From the NCBI GenBank assembly GCA_001687465.1, contig LVLI01000121.1, positions 1 to 64,000 on the forward strand: 64,000 nucleotides of DNA. Direction: 5' to 3'. Under the pieces are notes generated by a model. It did no database searches. It was not told the DNA's origin and was given only the letters and a program-made list of their open reading frames with translations. The DNA comes from Halocafeteria seosinensis (lineage: Eukaryota). Position numbers and translations under genes: made by a program. This document shows positions 35,361 through 47,285 of the stretch, in pieces (position 1 is the stretch's first letter; the number at the start of each line of letters is the position of its first letter).

Positions 35361-37598
35361 ATGTCCCTGAACATTCGTAGGTCCGAATATCGTACAGGAT
35401 ATCTCATTAATAAGAGCCCTTCGCTCCAGGACCAAGAAACGCGTCATTATACACCTCCTTCCAGAGGCGATTCAGACCATACAGACGGGGAGTACGATAC
35501 ACTATCTTCAGGGTCTCTTAGTTGCTCTGACCAAGTCGTCGTGAATGGCGCATATAGGACACCGGAAACAGAGAAATCGGCCTCGAGGAATTTAAGAAGC
35601 CGAAAGAGTTCTCGACGCAACAATAAGAGCTCTATACACGAAGAAGAAGGCGATAATAAGAGGCGTCGCAGTTCGTCCGTGTCTAAGAAAAGCCTTCCGA
35701 AAAACGGCGGCAAGCGTCGGGGTATGTCTGTCCCAAGAATGAGAACCACCCTGCAATCTTCGCGAAATGGAAGTGAAAATGGAGCTTCCCCCGCACATGA
35801 AGAGCCTTCCAAGGAGGAAGCTGAAGCAAATACAAGGCGAAAACCATCTTTGGAAGGAGAATACGGAAATTTGTTTATCCTGCTGGTGCTCTACATTTTA
35901 CAAGGAATCCCCATGGGGCTGGCCATGAGTGTTCCCCTCATGCTTAAGGAGAAAGGATTTGGCTTCACGGCCAAGGGACAATTCAGTATGGCTGGATGGC
36001 CATATGGAATGAAATTACTTTGGGCACCTATTGTAGATGCCATCTACAGTCCATCGATAGGAAGGAGAAAGTCATGGGTGATTCCCGTTCAGTTCTTGAC
36101 CGGGGTGATGATGATATGGTTGGGATCCGAGATTGATTCCCAATTTGCGCCGGATAGTCGACCCAACGTGACCTACTTAGCTTCCATCTTTTTTATACTT
36201 TACTTTCTAGTGGCAACGCAAGATATTGCTGTAGACGGATGGGCACTTACTATGTTAAGACCGGAGAACGTCGGTTACGCCTCGACGTGCAACTCTGTCG
36301 GTCAACAGATTGGGTTTCTCACATCATACGCGCTGTTCATGGCATTCAATTCTCCTGACTTTTGCAACCGGTGGTTACGAACAGAAGAGACAAAGTCGAA
36401 TGAAGGAGTCATTAGTATGGGGCAGTTCATGTATTTTTGGGGAATTGTCTTCATTCTTGCTACAACTATAATTGGAATAATCAAAAAGGAGGATTCTCAG
36501 GGTAGTACTAAAATGGGAGCAGACAACTACAGATCACCTGAGCAGTCCAGTTCACAGGAACTGCTAGCCGGCGGATGCTCTGAACCCGTACAAAACATAA
36601 GAACTGCTTATGCTCGTATAATACAAGTTGTGACGCTTCCACATGTTTTAATACTAATGCTTGTCTTGGTGACATGCCGCTTTCCTTTTGCCGGCATTGA
36701 TGGAGGCTTTGACCTAGAGCTCATGGAAAAAGGCATTCCAAGTAAGTTGGCTTGATGTTGAGTATGAAAAAACCCATGTATCGAATTAAGCTTGGACTTA
36801 ACATAACTATGTGCAGAGGATCAAATTGCCATGCTGGGAGTTACTATTATTACGCCATTAGAACTGTTGACTACAACCTTCGTCAGCAGGCTCACTTCTG
36901 GCCCTAAGCCGCTGTCCGTCTTCTTATACACCTTTCCAGTACGCATAGCCCTTGGCTTCATAATTATATTTGTCCTGGAGAGTGCTGATTTTAGTGATAG
37001 CGCAAAGCCTCCATTTTGGTTCTACGTATTCGCGCTGAGCGTCTTTGGACTGTACCGATGCTGTGCCAACGTGATGTTTGTGGCCCAGATGGCGTTTTTC
37101 AATCGGGTATCGGATCCGAGCATTGGAGGAACGTACATGACTTTGCTCAACACGTTGTCTAATATTGGAGGGATGTGGGCGGTACCGTTAGTACTCCGAA
37201 CCATGGACTCTATTGAAACTCATAATTGCCAGATGCCTGGAGATAACTCGCAGTATACGTCCCTACAGGGTGCGTCATGCGAAGACCCTGCCGATCGCCA
37301 GCGTTGTGTGTCAACAGGGGGTTCCTGTGTCGAAGTAGCAGATGGGTTTATCCCCATGGTGCTAGTGACTCTAGCCACCGGTTGCATATGGTGGATTGTA
37401 ATGCGCAGAAAGGTGCTTTCTTTGGAAACCACCCCCGTAGACGACTGGCGAGTTGGAAACTTTGACAACTTGCCGCGATGGGCTCGTTGGCTCATTCGTG
37501 GACAGGATAAAGAACGAGAGCAGCAGGAGCGGGATACTCGTGTAGGTGCTTCAAAGAAAACTGATCGGCATGCCCGATCTACAAATGTTGAGCCTTAG
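35361..37598 (+). CDS. SLC33A1: Acetyl-CoA transporter 1 (MFS, AT-1)
   Basis: LYILQGIPMGL, WPYGMKLLWAPIVD, GRRKSW, ATQDIAVDGWALTML, GYASTCNSVGQ, DPSIGGTYMTLLNTLSNIGG; one intron about 36742-36816. Confidence 0.95.
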
Positions 37599-37837
37599 GA
37601 GGTTAGTTTCTGTGTGTGCGTTGAAACCACAATCCAAGCAAGGAACACCCCCGTCAGCGTTGGTTGGTGTCTGTGAACGTGGCTCGAGGATGATACAAGC
37701 CAGTACCAGGTACACGCCTGGCTAGTATTATCGTTAGAATGAATGTCTGGTAGTCGTAAGATGTGTCAGAAATATAACCAATAGTGATAGTTTACATCGT
37801 GAACAGTATATGGTTGGTACAAGCGTAGAGCACAAAA

Positions 37838-39308
37838 ATGTCGTCCCCCTCTGAAACATCAGTCGCTCCATTGAGCTGTGAGAAGCGCTGTTTAAGCATA
37901 CAGTCGCACGGTATGTACGGCAAGGTGCTTCCCTGTTTCTGTTCGTGAAATTTGACGATTATGCTGCAGTTGTATTCGGCTACGTGGGCAACAAATGCGC
38001 GGTCTTCCCCCTGCAACTTCACGGATTCGACGTCAGCTACATTAACTCAGTGCAGTTCTCCAACCACACCAAATACGACCAAGGAATCCGCGGTCAAGTG
38101 AGTTCAACTGACCCTTGCACACTGCCGCCGTGTGCACTTGTTGTACTCGAATGATCAACAGGTTATGAACGGCGAGGAACTCGAGGGTCTCGTGGAAGGT
38201 CTCAAAAACAACTCGTTGTTGAGATTCCAGTACCTTTTAACTGGTAAGACAACACCACTACACTACAGAGTTCCAAGACCAAGATGATCCCTTGGATTGC
38301 TTACAGGTTACATTGGATCGTCATCGTTCTTGGAATCTGTCATGCACGTGGTCAAGGAAGCCAAAGCCCAAAACCCTGACCTATGTTATGGTGCGTCGAA
38401 CGTACTGATAGATGCGTTCTTTGCATTTTTATTATTTTTTTTTTTCGTTTGCATCACACTTATTATTGTTGTTAAATGCAGTATGCGACCCTGTTTTAGG
38501 AGATGAGGGTCGGCTCTATGTTCCCAAGGAGCTAGTGGAGATATGTAAGATGCTGACCCTACGGTACAGCCTATAGAAGCAACATGATTTTCTACGATGT
38601 GCCTGTTTGTGCAGACAAAACCCGTGTGCTTCCGGTGGTAACCATACTAACCCCAAACCAGTTTGAAGCCCAGTGAGTCGCGTAAACACTTATCAGCGTT
38701 TTTCCATCGCGCTATGGACCTGCTTTCTCTCACTCTCTTGGCAGGCTACTTACTGACATGGAAATAGTGGATCTAAAATCTGCCCATGCTGTGTGCAATA
38801 AACTACACTCACTTGGCGTAGAGACTGTAGTCATCACGTCGACGGACCTCCCGCGAGGCCAGGACGAATCGATGTTAGTCATATTGAGTACTCCTTGGAA
38901 GTATGTTCGAGATGACCTAGCCAAATATCCGGACGTGAAAAAGGAAGGGAAGTACGCAAGGTAAGCTATGTGTTATGCGCGTATAGCATCGCTTTCTGAT
39001 GTCTAAAATATGCTCGTTGCCTCAGGTGCCACATTCGGATCCCAAAGCTCCATGCCGCTTTCACGGGCACAGGGGACTTGGTTGCTGCCTCTATACTCTT
39101 ATGGACTCACCAGCATCCCAACAGTTATGCAACTGCTCTTAGCAAGACAATGAGTACATTGCAAAAAGTTTGCCAAAGAACATTAGCAACGGATGAGAGG
39201 ATCAAAGGACCCATGAGCGAACTTCAGCTAATCCAGAGCAAAGACGTTATAGAGAATCCAGAGGTCCCTGAAGAGTTGAAACCAATTTTTTCGTCAGAAG
39301 AATACTAA
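37838..39308 (+). CDS. PDXK: Pyridoxal kinase
   Basis: Spliced [74 protein letters not shown]; about seven short introns. Confidence 0.95.
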
Positions 39309-39617
39309 CACAATATATTTTCTCCATCCATTTGAGCTGCTTTGCTTGACTTCAAATTTTGTTGAACAAATGGATTCCGCATCCAGGCGACCTGAGGCAA
39401 GTGCGCGCAAAATGAGTGATCCGTTGCGTCCAGTTTCCAGTTCTAATGGCTCCCATGCAAGGTCATACAGACAGTTTTGGTCCACGATAGCAGTTTGCAT
39501 GTTAGTCTTCTAGTTATTCGTCTAGGAAAAGAAAGAAAACGTAAATAAATCAGAGAGACAGAGCTTGGAAAGCCCTTGGTGGGTGAAGTTGACCAGCCAC
39601 AAAGAAGGGACAAAAGG

Positions 39618-42600
39618 ATGCCATTACCACCACCACCCCCGTCAAATAAAGGTTAGTGTTTGCAAATAAGAGATAAACGGAGTTGAGCTTTCTGAAATCT
39701 ACCTTGCTTACATTGCAGGTGGCACGTTGCCAAAGCCTCCCGCCAATGTTCCACTTCCCCCAGGAAAACCAGGTTCATCATCACTAACCAAAGGAGCTGG
39801 TCTATCCCCACCGCCACCACGAAGCAACACTGGAATACCGACACCACCGAGTAGCAGCAATCGTCTTCCGTCTGGAAGTAAACCTGTACTTCCACCACCG
39901 CCAAGTTCGCCAGGAAAGCTACCTGCACCACCAAACAAGGATAACAGTGGCACCCCAAAAAGATCAACGTTGCCAGCCCCACCACCTGCCACAGCGCAAC
40001 AAGCAGGGAATAGAGGCCTGCCAAAACCACCGCTTCCAAGTAGTCCGCCAACCCACTCGTCCCAGGCAAAGTTGCCCCCTCCGCCAGGGTCTCCAAAAAC
40101 TAACAATCTGCCACCCCCACCTTCTCAGAAAGGGAACACGGCACCTCTTCCAACTCCTCCAGGGGTTGGCACTCAGGAGAAGTCCAACTCGAAAAACCTT
40201 CCGAGGCCACCATCAACGCGTGTGCTCTCCGCAGGTTCAAGAAGTCATGCCTCACTTCCCCCTCCACCACAATCCCCAGGCAACGCTGTTCCAAAGCCAC
40301 CTCAGCTACCGTTACCTCCGAGCGATGTAAAGCCCTCAGAAACAAAACCAAGCGCAGGTTCACCCATACCCCCACCACCTCCAGGCAAGTCTCCAAGTGC
40401 ATCTGGTCTCCCACCGCCACCCAGTAGTCAACCGGCTAAGCAGTCCCGTGCGTCAATGCCTCCGCCCCCACCATCAGGGAAGACATCAACCAATAGCCCG
40501 ACTTCTCTCCCACCACCACCTTCTTCTGCAAATCCCCAACTTCGTAAGCAAAACAGTCGCAAATCATTGCCACCTCCCCCGGCGGCAGGTAAAACACCAA
40601 CCTCTCCCAAGAATGGTGCTTCGCTTCCACCACCACCGGCACCAGGAGATACCCAACTGGCTACACAGAGTTCTCGTGATTCAACACCACCACCACCACC
40701 TCAGTCTGGAAATAATCAACTTAGTAAGCAAAACAGTCGCACTTCATTACCACCTCCTTCAGCAGCAGATAAAACTGCGACATCTTCGAAAGGCGGAGCT
40801 TCGCTTCAGTCGGCTACGCAGAGCGCTCGTGAATCGACACCACCACCACCACCATTTTCCGGATCACCGAAGCCGGCCGGGGACTCACCTTTGCCTCCTC
40901 CTCCCCCACCTACTACTGAAACAGATCAAGCTACACCTTCCATTCCGCCACCGCCCGTTAGACAGCCCAAACCTACGGAAGAAAATCAAGGCGCGTCCCC
41001 ATTACCGCCTCCACCTCCAACCAAAGAGTCGAGAGCAAACGACGATTCACCCGCACTTCCGCCTCCTCCCCCTTCTTCCACCGGCAATCCCAGGAAGAGG
41101 CTAGGAGAATCGTTACCACCTCCTGCTTCGAAATACCATGGCAAAGAATCTACCACGCCTCCAGCTTTGGGAGAATCAACGGAAGTGGGTGAATCCGCGA
41201 CTCCTGTCAGAAATGTCCCGAGCACTGAGGCAACTGACGCTGCTTCTACGGATGCACAGTCTTCAAAGGATGAACCATCGCAGAAACCTGCCTCTGAGTC
41301 GCTTCCGCCACCTGTATCAGCGGCTGGAGAAACAAAGCCTTCTACCATTGCGCCAGCGACGTCAATCTCTGTTACTACTGCAGGGTCAACTACAATCACT
41401 TCCTCCGCCGTATCATCGTCTTCTAACGACAGTGCGGTGGTGACAACAACAACAACTGCAGCTATGTTCACGGATGGAAAGAACAAAGGCGAGGATAAAG
41501 AGGAAGAAACCGCTCCTGTAGTGTCTGTAACATCATCTGATGCAACATCTAAAGTAGACTTGGTGACAACTACAACTACCGTTAGCAACACTTCTCCTGC
41601 CCCAACAGAAGCAAGGGATGCAGGATCATCCGTAGCAAAGGACAAGTCTCCAGAGGTGACAATAAAGAGTGCGGCGACTACATCTTTAAATCAAACGAAA
41701 GATTCCAAGGGTGACAACACTACTGCGGGAGGAAATCGCCCTAAAGAAAGTGCTGTTGCTTCCCCAAAACCTCAGGTCTCAACCTCGACTACGACAGCTC
41801 GAGACAAGCAAGATGAAGGCAAAACACGTGGTAGCACATCATCCGCAACAGGGAAAAAAGAGAAATCAACGTCACAGTCCGCGAGCGAAACCAAGATTGT
41901 CACCGCCACAGCCAGTAAAACAACTGCCGAAACGTCCAGCACGAAAAATTTGCACACTTCACGGGCAATGGCTGCTGCATTGACGAGGAGCTCTGCAATT
42001 CAGTCCTCGATTGAGCCTGATCGCACCCCGTTCCATACTTCTGCCTCTTCCGGATCAGGAAATGGCTCAACTTCTATTCCATCCAGCAGCAGCAAATCAT
42101 CAGTTACCACAGGAGACTCAGTGCCCACACCATCTACTACAGTAGCGACTACAACAGTCCAAACAGCTAATAAAACAGACGAGGTAAAGTCTCACGGAAG
42201 CGGTAAGTTCAGGAAACAATTGGTTCATAATGGGCTAACAGGATCGACGATCTATTTTCTATTGCAGGTAGTAAGAGCACCCCCCCGGGGATTAACCTTA
42301 ACCAAGGTCCTGAACAATCAAGCGAAGTCAGCCCCAAACTGGCTACAACAGGACCAGCCACCAGGTACCCAGTAAGCCCACTTCAGGAGTTTGCTCTTAA
42401 GCGTACGTATGCATTTCGTGCATCGCATTCTTACCTAAATTGACTATGCTGAGTGGCGTTCTTCCGTCTAGCAGGTATGACAGATACTGAGGGACCTTCC
42501 CAAGGATTACCAGGTGCACCACCGCCTCCGTCCGTTAACTGGAACCAAGGAGTATACAAGATGCCTGATCTTCCGCAGCCCCCGGGATTCTTTAGCCCAT

Positions 42601-44453
42601 TGGTCCACAGAAACCAAGCACTGCATCCACCAGAGGATCCTACTCAGAAAATTAAACAATTGGCCCAAAACCTTGCTAAGAACCACGTGGAAATTAACAG
42701 AGAAGTCTCGAACGCTCGAAAAGCAATTGAACAACTTGGTAGCGAAAGCGACTACCAGAAGTGGCTGATGGATATGCAGTTAAGACGAGGATACAACGAT
42801 CTTACAAGGACTCTTCAAGAAACCGAGTTCGCTAAGCAAGAGTTCGAACTAATGTCAAAGAGGCATTACGAAGAGTTACAACGCGTTGCACAACGAAACA
42901 ACATTCCAATGACGAAAGAATTGCAGGATCAGCAACAACGTGCGGAAGAAACGATAGCAGAGTTTGAGAACGAGATGGAGAAGCTTATCAACGAAATCAA
43001 CCAATTTGGGGAGCAATACGAAGAATGGGACAAGGATGCTCACTCGTTTGGGATGGCAGCGAAAAGTTCCGTGGCGCAAGGGACCTTGGAAGACACAGTA
43101 AATAACAATCATGAAGACATGGTTGGACGTCGTAGTACTGCGAGTGAGCAAAAACCTCACGCTAACGAAGGCTTTACCAGTGAGCAGACAGAAACTCCCC
43201 GAGAATACCATTATAGAAGTATGGACAGGAACTCACACAGTCGGAAAGATACTTCAGAAAGCATTGTGAGTAGCGACAGTATCCACGACAGAGACCATCT
43301 AAATAAGCAAGAAAGCAACTCCCCGGTTACGATCGAAATCGACGGTGAGCAGTATGATGAAGACTACATCAGAAAAGAATTGGAGGCGTTAAGTCCGAAA
43401 TCGCCGGCTCATCCTACTGCCAGGGATATATTGCGAAGCTTACACCTGGGCGATACCCTTAGTGTGAAATTAGATCCTTATACATTCAAAGCAATAGAGG
43501 AGAACTCCCCCAAACCGAAAGCGAAAAGGCCGCCAGTTCAGCGCCAGCAAAGGTCAACAGTACAAATAAAAGCTACACAACAGGCTGAACAGTTACGCTA
43601 CTTGCGTTCTTTGGAAGAGTTACAGTCATTGGTCGATGGCCAGGCTCTCTTAGATCTACAAATTTATGCAGAAGACCAAGGCGTAAAACTACCACAAATT
43701 CTCATTGACTCTCTGGAAATGGTGCGCAAGATGTCTCAGCAGGTGATCCCAAGATTAGACTTGGACCAGAAAAAATTTGTCATTTATCCAGATGAGGATA
43801 CGCTTCTCCATCCAGAAGGTCTGTTGAAAGCGTTAGCATCACTTGAAGAGTTACTTGACCAGGAAAGGAGACAAATATCTCAAAGACTCGATCGAGTAAA
43901 AGCATTTAAACCTGACACTCCTTCATCAAGTAGCAAGTTCGATAGATTACAACCAATGGCATACGGTCACCTCGTGGATCAAAAGAGTCATTGCATGCGG
44001 TCGAAGAACATATTTGACCAGCTATGCCACCACGTCAAGGCTTACATCGAAGATTTGAAGATGCTACTGACCGAGTCGGAAACATTTACTGTCGGTTTGT
44101 CCCTCAGGCAACGAAGACTCCAGTCTACTCGTACAAATGCGAAGAAACATGCAGGACTCACCGAGCCTTCGTCTTCGACCTCTCCAGCGAACGAAAAGAC
44201 GGCAGGCGACCAGGGCAGTCCATCCCAGCATGCCCAGCGAAGACAACAAGAAGAAGGCAAGCAGGGCAGCAGTAGAACGTCGTCACAATTTGCGAGCCCC
44301 AAAAAATCCCCGAATCGCTCCAAGCGGGACAAGAATTCTCCAAGAAAGCAAGCCAAGAAAAAGACATCCCCAAAGTACACAGCTTCTCGGGCTGATATTT
44401 GTAAGGACATACATGCATTTTGTCGTATCGAAGCTCTCAGCAAGTCCAGATAA
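39618..44453 (+). CDS. Very large Pro-rich / Ser-Thr-rich protein with C-terminal coiled coil
   Basis: MPLPPPPPSNK exon at 39618, then ORFs 39727 and 42453 linked by in-phase introns; about 480 aa of polyproline tracts, about 300 aa S/T-rich linker, Q/E-rich heptads. Confidence 0.7.
40537..40863 (+). repeat. Intragenic tandem duplication, 180-bp period
   Basis: caacttcgtaagcaaaacagtcgc (40537) versus caacttagtaagcaaaacagtcgc (40717), continuing to gcttcgctt and the TQSxRxSTPPPPP codons. Confidence 0.85.
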
Positions 44454-44623
44454 TCCCAGCGATTTCGACTGCACATTTCCCTTCTTCCGCGCCGAAATAG
44501 ATTCAGTACGAACACGATGATAACGTAACAAAAAATCCAACTCAATAGACATGACACCGCATGCCAAACGAGCCCACTATCCCAGGGTGCTGTACAGAAC
44601 TAACGCGAACGAACACCTTGACA

Positions 44624-46452
44624 TCAATGTGCACTTGCCATCCGCACACGCACTGTAGACGAGCCACCATTACGATAAACATGCATACCGGGAGCAACTT
44701 TACGCGACCGAGGGTGCCTACCCTTCATGGTTTGATAATATTCCACCAGCAAACTTTTGATTGAAGAGTGTGTTAGAAATAGGGAAACTAAGCAGATCGC
44801 ACATGCCACCATAAACCACGCAAATGCCTGGTTAACCTGGTACCCTTCCTTTGACCTCGCCTTGGTAGCTGTCGCATACTCGAAAGAAATCACGACAATC
44901 GTCAATCCTAGCGCAATAGAGAAAACTCCAAAAACTATGGCAAAAGCCGTTACTCGCGGGTTAATACATAACTTCCTACATTTACGACGCAAAGCATTCA
45001 AATTACCAGAAAAACCGGACGTATGCCTTTCCGTTTGGCGTGGTATGTCACTCATCCTCCCATGATGAATAGCGAGTTCCGAGGAGAATCCTTTTGTGTA
45101 ACTGTTGCTGGTCGTGCCGCTCGCGCTCATGGCTTTGTCGAATCCTGCTTGTTTTCGGATCTCTTCACCATCACGACGCACTTTGTTATACTGCCGCTGA
45201 CAGGAAGAACCTGTAGTGGCGGCGGATTGGCGCCGTGGCAGGGTGTCCTGTACAAATGAACGGTTACCGCACTCCGTGCCATAGCTGGGCTGGACCCTAA
45301 GTTCACTAGCCGTACCAAAATGATGCGGGGGTGCCGAGTTATGCCGCACAGCACCCGCAGACTGGATACATGTACTCTGTGTTGCCTTACCTTGTGGCGA
45401 GCCTGTAAATATAAAAGTAGGAGGGGAGGCCTGGTTCAAGGCAGGACTTTCGCCGGAAATAGGAGAATCTTGGGCAAAATAATCAAAGCTTTTGGAGCGC
45501 CCTTGACGATTGCCGACATTATAATTTTTCTGATCCACCGTGTCGAGCCACACCTTGGAGCATTCCTGCTGTTGTTCACCAGCAAAGGTGACCGAAGAGC
45601 GGTCGGTCGTGAAGTTCCCACTGTTTGATGTCTCAGCTGGTTGCTGGTTTTGGGGGGACACTTTATTCCCACTAGAAGTGTTCTTTTCGTGAAGAGACCT
45701 GCTTGAGCCGCCACCGAATGAATTCCAGAACAGTTTCTTTGTACGGAACGTTACACCAATGGTAAAACCGATAGTGACTGTACCGGTCACGAGTAAGGGA
45801 ATGCCCAACAAGCCAGCACGAAGAGGGAGTGGATCACCAGGTAAACAAACCGTACCAGCTGGTATCGGCTCAAAGAAGGCACTTGGGATGGCAAGTCCCC
45901 CTGCAATACAAGGCGCCAATACTCGAATATGGTTGTAGTTCCGCTGCATTGCTATCCGCGGAACAAATTTATCCCTGTTCGCTTGGCGATAAGTCATATA
46001 CATAATACCTAAAACCCAAAGCGCTACGTAAAGTTGGCCAAATACAGCCATCACAGACTGCATGTCATAGCAACAGCAGAAAGATTATAACATCGATTTG
46101 TTTCAGTAGACAACGGCAAGGTAAAACTCACTTGTGCTTGACACAAGGGGCTTCCTTCCTCGAGAGAGAACTCTTCTCCAGTCCCGAGGAGTACAGCCAC
46201 CTGACAAATGGTGCTTCCAAGGAATACATGGCGTAAGGAGTACCTGCGGTTTCAGTCGAAAAAGGGGTTATGCAAACGTTGCTTTCAGCCTTGGAGCACC
46301 AGTATCGAGACGTACCCTAACAACGATCGATTCTTTCGGTACTGCGTCCACGCAACCGTGAGGAAGAACGTGCAGCATGTAATGAGGCACGTGAGAACCA
46401 GAAGGGCTATCCGTTCGCCCTTGTCCTCTGGGAACGTGTCTTCCGCTTTCAT
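44624..46452 (-). CDS. Seven-transmembrane GPCR-like protein (cAMP-receptor/GCR1-like), long third intracellular loop
   Basis: Two introns join MKAEDTF..IALLVLTCLITCCTFFLTVAW (TM1), HVFLGSTICQVAVLL (TM2), LCQAQ|SVMAVFGQLYVALWVLGIMYMTY (TM3), TM4, ECL2 Cys (GTVCL), TM5, S/Q-rich loop of about 250 aa, TM6, TM7. An extra upstream exon is possible. Confidence 0.72.
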
Positions 46453-47285
46453 GACTCGCGTCCCTTCGTGAATTCCTGGCCAACCCCGGGCAGAAAAGAA
46501 AGAGTGCAACACTCAGCGAAGTTGCACCTCCATTGGGAACCTGTTTGGTAGCAGTATTAGCGATGAAATCCTCCCAAAACTTTTGCCCTGAATGCCCTCA
46601 ATCTCTCACGTCCGACGCGCCGTCGCCGCTTCCTTAAACGACCTCTATTGCGTTATTCACGGCCCTTATGGACTTACAGCAAGCTGCTTCGATTGTGAAC
46701 CACCATTGGCACTGTATCAGGGTAGTTTTTACTAGGTAAAAGACGCCTAAATGGCCTGTATGGACGCGAAATACGCTCCGTCCTCCGTAGGCAAAATTTC
46801 ACAAACACGGCTATTTTGGCCGATTTAAGGATTCTCCATCACGCTTGATAGCATGATTTATTTATTTCGTATATCCTGTATCTCACAAGACCATCATACT
46901 GTATTCATATTGCATAATGCAGGTAAAAGAGACTTGAGTCAACGTCCGGGGTCAACTTCATAGGGGAAGTTAAGGGGGGCCCGGAATCCGGGCTGCAGCC
47001 GGGCGGGGAGCGACGACTCAGCGTAGATCATTGAAGTCTTCAATGCAACGGGTTACAAACGTGTGTGGGCTTCTCAATGGGATAACGCTGCCTAATGTAT
47101 TCTCTTGAAGCGATATTGAACATTGTAGCTTGTAACAGGGTGAGTCAAAGTGGATACCGTTAAACGGTAGAAATGCAGACGGAACAGTGTAAAATAGTTC
47201 CGTTACACATAAGAACTCTTCTGTATGTAACGTATCTGGGTTTATTGGCTCGTTGATACCATTAGGGGTATACACTGAGAAGCAT

